Positions 1-6,561 of a stretch of 53,930 nucleotides of DNA are shown one piece after another (the stretch's first letter is position 1; every line of letters begins with the position of its first letter). The stretch lies in contig JBDHZC010000010.1 in assembly GCA_039811685.1 (NCBI GenBank), positions 1 to 53,930 of the forward strand, in the 5' to 3' direction. The DNA is from Armatimonadota bacterium. Its GTDB lineage: Bacteria > Armatimonadota > UBA5829 > DSUL01. The notes below the pieces were generated by a model, which ran no database searches, had not been told where the DNA came from, and was given only the letters and a program-made list of their open reading frames with translations. The position numbers and the translations under genes were made by a program.

Positions 1-62
1 ACGTGACCTATCGTTCCTATGTTTACATGAGGCTTCGTTCGCTCAAACTTCTGTTTCGCCAA
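1..62 (-). CDS. tuf: Elongation factor Tu, N-terminal fragment (runs off window)
   Basis: Reverse complement from TTG at 62 translates (M)[20 protein letters not shown], the canonical EF-Tu N-terminus; directly downstream of tRNA-Thr(GGT). Confidence 0.97.
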   Translation of the reverse strand, partial: [20 protein letters not shown]

Positions 63-222
63 CTTCGTGTCGCTCCTATGAGATCAATGTTTTCTGCTGC
101 TCACCGGCGACCATATTGCCCAGGCCCGGCGCCAACAACTGTCTACTTCAGAACATGGTAGTGCCGACGGGTTAACGCCGACTGAAGGCTCTGCCAGATG
201 TCAGAGCCAGCATAAGAAAACA

Positions 223-294
223 AGCCCACGACGGGAGTCGGACCCGTGACCTCCTCTTTACCAAAGAGGTGCGCTACCACTGCGCCACGTGGGC
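223..294 (-). tRNA. tRNA-Thr(GGT)
   Basis: Minus strand GCCCACGTGGCGCAGTGGTAGCGCACCTCTTTGGTAAAGAGGAGGTCACGGGTCCGACTCCCGTCGTGGGC folds as a cloverleaf with anticodon GGT; CCA not encoded. Confidence 0.93.
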
Positions 295-375
295 ATCACA
301 CCGTCTGACCCTTGAGGATTTTACCGGTGTGCCGGCTCCTTGCCGGATTACCGGCTGCCTCTGGACGACGGCGGA

Positions 376-461
376 TGGTGGGGGGAACAGGATTCGAACC
401 TGTGTAGGCGTTCGCCGGCAGATTTACAGTCTGCTCCCTTTGGCCGCTCGGGCATCCCCCC
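376..461 (-). tRNA. tRNA-Tyr(GTA)
   Basis: Minus strand GGGGGGATGCCCGAGCGGCCAAAGGGAGCAGACTGTAAATCTGCC...GGTTCGAATCCTGTTCCCCCCACCA; long variable arm, anticodon GTA, encoded CCA. Confidence 0.97.
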
Positions 462-552
462 GCGCAAAGCCAGATCGACAGGCGAGCGCAGTTTATTTAC
501 TAATCAGCTATCGCACCGCGAACTCGGCAACAAAAAGCACCCACCGGGCGAT

Positions 553-612
553 ATTCTACTCCACTACCGGAAGGCGCTGCAACAGTCTACCATCTTGCGC
601 GCGCGTGTGCAA
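553..612 (-). promoter_or_regulatory. Tandem sigma70-like promoters for tRNA-Tyr/tRNA-Thr/tuf
   Basis: Minus strand TTGCAG-N18-TAGAAT (582-553) and TTGCAC...TAGACT (612-585) upstream of tRNA-Tyr. Confidence 0.5.
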
Positions 613-871
613 GAGTATCCTCGATATTATGGGCAATCCCGCACTACTTGTGAAGAGCAGCCTCTCACAGAACAAGCCGTATTGAGCACGAACTCCAAAG
701 CAGGCGCCTCTCCTTTGTGACAAGAGCCGCAGGACTCCGAAATCAGCCGCCATACCTCGCCACCAAGCTAGGCGTGCTGAGGCCCCATTCAGCAAGGCGT
801 TGTCTGTTGCTAGTGGCTGCAACGATGCGCAAAGCTAGCGAACAATTGGTCAGAAATGTTCAGAAAACCTC

Positions 872-900
872 TTGACAGGGCGGAGGAGCAGGACTACGCT
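872..900 (+). promoter_or_regulatory. Sigma70-like promoter pointing into the repeat array
   Basis: TTGACA (872-877), 17-nt spacer, TACGCT (895-900). Confidence 0.6.
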
Positions 901-1043
901 AACAAAAATAGCTCATCGCCGTATTGGGCGCAGGCCCGGCAAAGCGCCTGGTGGACCGCAACCCAATGCCGCCACTACCGCTAGCCTTCGGAGGGGGTGC
1001 AGACAAAATACGATGAATAAAGTAATAGTGCGGCTCTTGAATA

Positions 1044-1123
1044 TTTCGGGATTTCCGGGTTGGAGCCCGGTCTTATCCGGGTTCTGCAAGTCTCAATGTC
1101 CAACCCTCAAATCCCGAAACACC
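1044..1123 (+). repeat. Type A palindromic unit, copy 1 (forward), followed by a 40-nt tandem duplication of its right arm to 1165
   Basis: TTTCGGGATTTCCGGGTTGGAGCC - 30 nt - GTCCAACCCTCAAATCCCGAAACACC. Confidence 0.92.
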
Positions 1124-1268
1124 GAATAAGTCTCAATGTCCAACCCTCAAATCCCGAAGCACCGAGATTTTACTGTCGCCACTGCGTCCGCTTGGTGAGC
1201 ATCTGTTGGACGCCGGTGGGTTTACCTGGGGCCTTGGCGCTCGGTGTAAACACCACCCTCGACTGTTT

Positions 1269-1348
1269 GGTATTTCGGGATTTGAGGGTTGGATGTGATC
1301 GCTCTCGGAGTAACGGGCAATCCTGGCTCCAACCTGGAAATCCCGAAA
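1269..1348 (-). repeat. Type A palindromic unit, copy 2 (reverse, unique core)
   Basis: GGTATTTCGGGATTTGAGGGTTGGAT - GTGATCGCTCTCGGAGTAACGGGCAATCCT (30 nt) - GGCTCCAACCTGGAAATCCCGAAA. Confidence 0.92.
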
Positions 1349-1362
1349 TGAGGGGCGTGCCG

Positions 1363-1398
1363 TTCAATGCCTCCAGGTTGGGAAACCTGGAGGGATGA
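1363..1398 (+). repeat. Type B hairpin repeat, copy 1
   Basis: TTCAATGCCTCCAGGTTGGGAAACCTGGAGGGATGA; 10-bp stem CCTCCAGGTT/AACCTGGAGG. Confidence 0.92.
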
Positions 1399-1438
1399 CA
1401 AAATACGATGAAAAAAGTAATAGTGCGGCTCTTGAATA

Positions 1439-1518
1439 TTTCGGGATTTCCGGGTTGGCGCCCGGTCTTATCCGGGTTCTGCAAGTCTCAATGTCCAACC
1501 CTCAAATCCCGAAACACC
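1439..1518 (+). repeat. Type A palindromic unit, copy 3 (forward), right arm duplicated to 1560
   Basis: Same 30-nt core as copy 1; one substitution in the left arm. Confidence 0.92.
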
Positions 1519-1560
1519 GAATAAGTCTCAATGTCCAACCCTCAAATCCCGAAGCACCGA

Positions 1561-1898
1561 GATTTTACTGTCGCCACTGCGTCCGCTTGGTGAGCATCTG
1601 TTGGACGCCGGTGGGTTTCCCTGGGGCCTTGGCGCTCGGTGTAAACACCACCCTCGACTGTCCCGCCAATGTCGGCGACTTCGCTAGGAACATGAGAGGT
1701 CTTGGGTGGTGGCTGAGTACGGTGATCGGTGGCGGGATAATCGTCGGAGGGCCCATCAATTTCCAACCGACGCCGATATTCGGCGTGTTGCCGGTACCTG
1801 GGCCGCCGAACTGGCTAGGAGGGCAGATTGGACTCAATATAGGTGCTGGTGCTTGCTGGGCGTTCGTTTTGGAGGAATTCGAAGGCGGCCCGATCTAG
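1561..1898 (+). pseudogene. 5'-truncated gene fragment, possibly the C-terminal tip of a polymorphic toxin
   Basis: Open frame ending ...GGGIIVGGPINFQ...GGQIGLNIGAGACWAFVLEEFEGGPI*, Gly/Cys-rich and hydrophobic. Its upstream part is repeat DNA, and it is followed 2 nt later by a small membrane gene and an Rhs fragment. The toxin call rests on context. Confidence 0.45.
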
Positions 1899-1900
1899 CT

Positions 1901-2416
1901 ATGGAACCGATAACACGCGGACAAGGCCGGGCCACGGAACAAGCTGCTTTTCCATTGACCTTGGACTATCGCGGGTGGATGGTGTACGTGGTCGCCACCC
2001 ATCCTTACCAAGGGGCGCTGTGGCTGACGCTCGTTACGGTTTTTGCATGGTCGGATGGCCAGCTTGCGTTGCGGGGGAAGATACTGCTGGCCTTGGCCTG
2101 TCTAGCACTACTGGTCTACAGCCGGCGGACGGCCCTGCGCCTGCCGACACGAATCGTGCTGTATGACGATTATTGCGAACTGTATCGCCTGCACGGTGCC
2201 CCCACGCTTGTCCATTTGGACAGCGTCTTACACGTGAGGCAGGCGCACGTGTTTATACTCCACCTGTCCATTGTCTGGACAATGGTCGAGTACTGCGGGG
2301 ACAGCGGCTACAACTGGTTCTTTGTACACAAGAGGCTGCCCGGCTACGCGAAGCTCATGGCGAGAATAGCAGCCTGCAGGCCGGCGCGGGAGCCTGCCGA
2401 TGGAGCTACGGCGTAG
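1901..2416 (+). CDS. Small membrane protein, candidate immunity protein
   Basis: ATG at 1901 just after the TAG at 1896-1898; two hydrophobic segments followed by a beta-rich soluble tail (171 aa). Confidence 0.6.
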   Translation: MEPITRGQGRATEQAAFPLTLDYRGWMVYVVATHPYQGALWLTLVTVFAWSDGQLALRGKILLALACLALLVYSRRTALRLPTRIVLYDDYCELYRLHGAPTLVHLDSVLHVRQAHVFILHLSIVWTMVEYCGDSGYNWFFVHKRLPGYAKLMARIAACRPAREPADGATA

Positions 2417-2679
2417 ACGGCCAACTAACGAAGCTGACGTGGCCGTCGTCCTCGTCGCCGCAGGTACAGGTGCAGTACATTTACACGAAGAACGGCCTGC
2501 GCAAGGAGAGCAAGCTGGGAGACATGGGCAGTGGGTACTACGTGACCAGCTACAGTTATGACACCCAGAACAGGCCCGGCGCAATCAGCCATGCCTATGG
2601 TACAAGCGGGAGTCGCTTTGCCGGCGTGATCTACGACACGCTGGATGAGCTGGGCAACCCGAAGGTGGTCTATGAGTCA
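2401..2679 (+). pseudogene. Rhs/YD-repeat core fragment
   Basis: WSYGVDGQLTKLTWP...QYIYTKNGLRKES...TSYSYDTQNRP...YDTLDELGNP: successive YD-type repeats; no start codon of its own and cut off by a type A unit at 2680. Confidence 0.8.
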
Positions 2680-2759
2680 GGTATTTCGGGATTTGAAGGT
2701 TGGACGTGAGAACCGCCGAATCGCTGGAGAGCTATGGCTCCAACCTGGAAATCCCGAAA
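2680..2759 (-). repeat. Type A palindromic unit, copy 4 (reverse, unique core)
   Basis: GGTATTTCGGGATTTGAAGGTTGGAC - GTGAGAACCGCCGAATCGCTGGAGAGCTAT (30 nt) - GGCTCCAACCTGGAAATCCCGAAA. Confidence 0.92.
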
Positions 2760-2816
2760 GGAGGGGGACGCCGTGAAGTGGAAGAGCATTGACACTGGCG
2801 CAGGCTGCTACTGCAT

Positions 2817-2852
2817 TTCAATGCCTCCAGGTTCGGAAACCTGGAGGGATGA
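2817..2852 (+). repeat. Type B hairpin repeat, copy 2
   Basis: TTCAATGCCTCCAGGTTCGGAAACCTGGAGGGATGA. Confidence 0.92.
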
Positions 2853-2982
2853 ATATCGCAATCGTTGTACAGATCCCTCGGGGGTCGACTGCTCACAGAT
2901 TCCTCGTGGAGGTGGCGAGCAATGAACCGCGTGTTCCTGATCGTCCTGTGGTCTTTGGCATCTGTCGTTGAGGGGCGTGCCG

Positions 2983-3018
2983 TTCAATGCCTCCAGGTTG
3001 GGATACCTGGAGGGATGA
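2983..3018 (+). repeat. Type B hairpin repeat, copy 3
   Basis: TTCAATGCCTCCAGGTTGGGATACCTGGAGGGATGA. Confidence 0.92.
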
Positions 3019-3057
3019 AAAAACACCATGAAAAAAGTACTAGTGCGGCTCTGAATG

Positions 3058-3137
3058 TTTCGGGATTTCCGGGTTGGAGCCCGGTCTTATCCGGGTTCTG
3101 CAAGTCTCAATGTCCAACCCTCAAATCCCGAAACACC
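3058..3137 (+). repeat. Type A palindromic unit, copy 5 (forward)
   Basis: Matches copy 1 including the core; no arm duplication. Confidence 0.92.
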
Positions 3138-3170
3138 GAAAACAATGTCCTCCTGCGTGGCTGAAAAGAT

Positions 3171-3386
3171 GTGTGGTCAATGCGCCTGTCACTGAGGCCG
3201 ACGGGGCCGCCTAGCCGCAGCCAGCGCTGGGCGGCCTGCATCAACTTGGCGCTCGGCATAGCGGGCTTGTGCATGGCCACCGCCGGGCCAGCGGCGTTCG
3301 GTGCAAAGGAATTTGCCGTGGCGGGGCTAGCTATTGCCGGCATTGTGAATGTGGCCATCGGCGTCTATGTGCTTCTGCGGCGCTAG
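3171..3386 (+). CDS. Small two-TM hypothetical protein, candidate immunity protein
   Basis: 71-aa ORF with two hydrophobic helices ending LLRR*; follows a short ORF tail ending TGA at 3164. Start may be ATG 3180. Confidence 0.5.
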   Translation: MWSMRLSLRPTGPPSRSQRWAACINLALGIAGLCMATAGPAAFGAKEFAVAGLAIAGIVNVAIGVYVLLRR

Positions 3387-3399
3387 GTGCAGCCTTATT

Positions 3400-3428
3400 C
3401 CATCCCTCCAGGTGTCCTCACCTGGAGG
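3400..3428 (-). repeat. Type B hairpin repeat, copy 4 (inverted, diverged)
   Basis: CATCCCTCCAGGTGTCCTCACCTGGAGG: reverse-oriented B with a changed loop and intact stem. Confidence 0.8.
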
Positions 3429-3451
3429 AGGCGACGGGGCATATTCAGGTA

Positions 3452-3487
3452 TTCAATGCCTCCGGGTTGGGAAACATGGAGGGATGA
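3452..3487 (+). repeat. Type B hairpin repeat, copy 5
   Basis: TTCAATGCCTCCGGGTTGGGAAACATGGAGGGATGA. Confidence 0.88.
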
Positions 3488-3559
3488 AAGCAGCCTCGCG
3501 AGCCGGAGCGTGGTTAAGAGTCTTTTGGTGGGAAAAGCGAGGGGCTGGGCGGTGGCATA

Positions 3560-3631
3560 AGCCGACGACAGGAATCGAACCCGCAACCGGCTGTTTACAA
3601 AACAGCTGCTCTACCATTGAGCTACGTCGGC
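3560..3631 (-). tRNA. tRNA-Thr(TGT)
   Basis: Minus strand GCCGACGTAGCTCAATGGTAGAGCAGCTGTTTTGTAAACAGCCGGTTGCGGGTTCGATTCCTGTCGTCGGC; anticodon loop TTTGTAA. Confidence 0.95.
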
Positions 3632-3809
3632 AAATCGTGCGTGTACTGCGCGTATTCCGGCCCCATTTTAGCGCAAATCCCGGCGTTTGCAAACAGGATC
3701 GCGAACAAAGGTTATCCGTCTGAATCCATCCGATTCGGACGCCTGTACGTACGGCTGGAGTTACTACTCTACGGGTAGGTGTTTGACAATAAGAGGAAAG
3801 AACGAGGCG

Positions 3810-5024
3810 CTAGCCGCCTGTATAGCCACTCTCGCGCAGGGTCTGGCTCACCAGAGACAGCGGTAGCTCGTTCTCCAGCATCATGGCGATGACCGTCATG
3901 AATGGGGCGATGTGCGTAAAAAAGGTTTTGTACCCGCTGCACAGATAGTTCAGGCCAGGTTCGCCGTACGGGCTAAGGGCGAAGCGGTGTTTCGGACAGC
4001 CTCCGTTACAGGCAAAAAGCACCGGGCACTCGCGGCAATACCCGGGCAGCGCGTCCTGCTTTTCCGCTCCAAACCTCTGTTGGAACGGGGACAAAGCCGG
4101 CCTGTGAACTCCCTGAGTGCGAATATTGCCGAGATAGTGACCACTCTCCAGATACTCTTCACACGAGAAGATATCACCGCCGGCCTGAACAGAAACGTTG
4201 GCCCCGCACGTTCCGGCGTGTACGCAGAAGCTGGAAGTGCATCCGCGGAAGCTCTCCATCGCGGCATCAAAATGCTGTACGTGAATGCGTCCGGCGTCGT
4301 GGCTCACCCACTCATCAAAAATCCTGGTAAGGAACTCACCAAAGCTCTCCGGATCTACGGACCACGGCGAAAGCCTGTCTTCATCGACGTGCTCGACGCA
4401 GGGTGAAAACTCTATAACGCGCACCCCTTCTTCGCGCAGGAAGCTGTACACTTCAAGAGGTGACCCTGAGTTGACGGAAGTGATAGAGCAGCGAACGCGG
4501 CACCGCGCACCGGTGCGCTGCAGGCGCTTCAGGGCCCTGTAGGCCGTGCTGAAGCTGACGCCTTTTCCGGTAAGCCGATGGAGATCATCGTGCAGGCGGG
4601 AGGGACCGTTCAGCTCAATGGCCACATCGAAATTGTGCTCTGCCAGAAACCGGCAGGTGTCAAGGTCCAGGCCTTGTCCGGAAGTCAGCAGGGTGTTTGC
4701 GCAGGTAACAGACTCCGGCGAATGCTCTTTCTGAAGCTCGACGACTCTCTGAAAAAAGCGCACGCCGGGGTTTGGGGACTCAGCGCACTGCCAGGTGAAG
4801 TTAGCCAGCGGCCCCGAATACGAACTCAGATAGTCACGCACTGTCTGTGCGAGCAGTTCATCTGACACGGCGGCGCGTTGAGAGTCGTGCGGCAGAACAC
4901 CATTTCCGCCGCGAAACGGATGGAAAACGAGATTGAACGTTCCTGGTTTTGACGGCTCAGGCGTCTGTGATTTGTCCAGATCCGCCTTTGACGCGCGACG
5001 CCGCTGCTCTCTCATGACAGTCAT
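3810..5024 (-). CDS. Anaerobic sulfatase maturase-like SPASM-domain protein lacking the CxxxCxxC motif
   Basis: anSME-like body (FGEFLTRIFDEW, CVHAGTCG, GDIFSC, CRECPVLFACNGGCPKHR, LNYLCSGYK); no radical SAM cysteine triad at the N-terminus. Confidence 0.85.
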   Translation of the reverse strand: MTVMREQRRRASKADLDKSQTPEPSKPGTFNLVFHPFRGGNGVLPHDSQRAAVSDELLAQTVRDYLSSYSGPLANFTWQCAESPNPGVRFFQRVVELQKEHSPESVTCANTLLTSGQGLDLDTCRFLAEHNFDVAIELNGPSRLHDDLHRLTGKGVSFSTAYRALKRLQRTGARCRVRCSITSVNSGSPLEVYSFLREEGVRVIEFSPCVEHVDEDRLSPWSVDPESFGEFLTRIFDEWVSHDAGRIHVQHFDAAMESFRGCTSSFCVHAGTCGANVSVQAGGDIFSCEEYLESGHYLGNIRTQGVHRPALSPFQQRFGAEKQDALPGYCRECPVLFACNGGCPKHRFALSPYGEPGLNYLCSGYKTFFTHIAPFMTVIAMMLENELPLSLVSQTLRESGYTGG

Positions 5025-5165
5025 TAGACGCTTCTAAAGAGGCGTTCACGCTCAGAAGTTTTGCGTTTCTGTGCAGGAGTTGAGACCCTGACCGCAGGAG
5101 GGTGATAAGATAGTTGTTGCGCGCGGGCAAGCCTCGCACGCCAGACAGTTTGGGAGGATTAATCA

Positions 5166-6491
5166 TTGCCTAAGATCACCATGATCGGCGCTGGCAGCGT
5201 CGTTTTTGCGCGCAATCTCACGCGCGACATTCTCTCCTTTGAAGAGCTGCGGGACTCTGAGATCGCTCTGATGGACATTGATGAGGAGCGCCTGCGCGTC
5301 GCAGAGCTGATGGTGAAGAAGGTCGGCGAAGCCGCAGGGGGACATCCGAAAGTCACTGCGACGACGGACAGGAAGAAAGCGCTCGAGGGCGCCGACTATG
5401 CCATCAACATGATCCAGGTCGGAACGTATCCATCCACGGTCACAGACTTTGAGATTCCCAAAAAATACGGCCTCAAGCAGACGATTGCCGATACGCTGGG
5501 AATCGGCGGTATCTTCCGGGCGCTGCGGACAATTCCCGTGATGCTGAGCATGGCGGATGATATGGAAGAAGTCTGCCCTGACGTGCAGTTCCTTAACTAT
5601 GTGAATCCGATGGCGATGAACACTGGCGCGTGGGAACACTACACGGACATCCCGATTGTGGGGCTTTGTCACAGCGTTCAGGGAACGGCGGATATGCTGG
5701 CTGGCGATATTGGCGTACCGTTCGCAGAGGTCAACTACATTTGCGCCGGCATCAACCACATGGCGTTCTACCTGCGCTTCGAGCGCAATGGCGAGGACCT
5801 CTACCCGCTCATTCACAAAGTCTACGAAGAAGGCCGGGCGCCCAACTGGAACCGCGTCCGCTATGAGATGCTGCACAGGCTGGGCTACTACGTAACGGAG
5901 TCCAGTGAGCACTTTTCCGAGTACTGCCCTTACTTCATCAAGAATACGCATCCCGAATTGATCGAGCGCTTCAACGTGCCCATTGACGAGTATATCCGGC
6001 GCTGCATCGCGCAGAACGAATCCTGGGAAAAGATGCGCGATGAGATGATGCAGGAGGATATCAAAATTGAGATGCACAGATCCAGTGAGTACGGCTCCCT
6101 GATCATACACTCGATGGAGACGGGCATCCCGCGCGTTATTTACGGCAACGTGCTCAACGACGGACTGATTGACAACCTGCCGTACGATTGCTGTGTTGAG
6201 GTTCCATGCCTGGTGGATAAGAACGGTGTGCAACCGACGCCGGTGGGCGCCCTTCCGCAGCAGCTCGCAGCGATCATCCGCACAAACGTAAACGTGCAGC
6301 TTCTTACGATTGAGGCCGCGCTGACTGGCAACCGGGACCACGTTTACCATGCGGCAATGATGGACCCCCACACATCAAGTGAGCTGACGCTGGATGAGAT
6401 ATGGAGCCTGGTTGACGATTTATTCGAGGCTCACGGCGACATTATCCCGCCGATGAAGACGCGGTTCAAAAAGGCCGTGGCGACTGCATAA
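5166..6491 (+). CDS. melA: NAD+-dependent alpha-galactosidase, glycoside hydrolase family 4
   Basis: KITMIGAGSVVF, QTIADTLGIGGIFRALRTIP, LNYVNPMAM, GLCHSVQGT, TESSEHFSEY; GGAGG before a TTG start. Confidence 0.92.
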   Translation: MPKITMIGAGSVVFARNLTRDILSFEELRDSEIALMDIDEERLRVAELMVKKVGEAAGGHPKVTATTDRKKALEGADYAINMIQVGTYPSTVTDFEIPKKYGLKQTIADTLGIGGIFRALRTIPVMLSMADDMEEVCPDVQFLNYVNPMAMNTGAWEHYTDIPIVGLCHSVQGTADMLAGDIGVPFAEVNYICAGINHMAFYLRFERNGEDLYPLIHKVYEEGRAPNWNRVRYEMLHRLGYYVTESSEHFSEYCPYFIKNTHPELIERFNVPIDEYIRRCIAQNESWEKMRDEMMQEDIKIEMHRSSEYGSLIIHSMETGIPRVIYGNVLNDGLIDNLPYDCCVEVPCLVDKNGVQPTPVGALPQQLAAIIRTNVNVQLLTIEAALTGNRDHVYHAAMMDPHTSSELTLDEIWSLVDDLFEAHGDIIPPMKTRFKKAVATA

Positions 6492-6561
6492 AGTCTGCTG
6501 ACCGGGAGCATGAGGTGCGCCGCGCTTTTGCGCGGCGCATTCCGGAGAACAGAACCTTCTT

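Larger units (their letters stand above)
1002..1661 (+). repeat. 265-bp direct duplication (1002-1266 vs 1397-1661)
   Basis: Offset 395 bp; 3 substitutions by manual alignment (gaataa/gaaaaa, ggagcc/ggcgcc, tttacc/tttccc). A related, shorter copy lies at ~3017-3139. Confidence 0.95.

Noticed and set aside
295..375. Missing tRNA-Gly between tRNA-Tyr and tRNA-Thr
   Set aside because: The gap is tRNA-sized but has no T-loop (GTTCRA) or cloverleaf on either strand.
269..822. ORFs overlapping the tRNA genes and their promoters
   Set aside because: Antisense to or overlapping tRNAs, with no protein motifs.
872..1560. ORFs 872-1129, 1060-1398, 1170-1484 and the N-terminal part of 1395-1898 as real proteins
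   Set aside because: They are translations of the palindromic repeats, which stay open in several frames.
1098..2705. Integron attC array
   Set aside because: GTCCAAC/GTTGGAY match RYYYAAC/GTTRRRY, but within an A unit they face inside-out, units alternate in orientation, cargo is fragmentary, and there is no intI.
1044..3137. Shufflon of invertible segments
   Set aside because: Inverted sites would permit inversion, but all recognisable cargo is on the + strand and no invertase or constant-region gene is adjacent. Not supported, though not strictly excluded.
1044..3487. Canonical CRISPR array
   Set aside because: Repeat ends resemble CRISPR repeats (ATTGAGAC, ATTGAA), but copies alternate in orientation, spacing ranges from near zero to over 1 kb, and no cas gene is in the window.
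5163..6371. Long antisense ORFs (also 21846-22820, 38232-39254, 39854-40771)
   Set aside because: Shadow frames of well-supported genes in GC-rich DNA.
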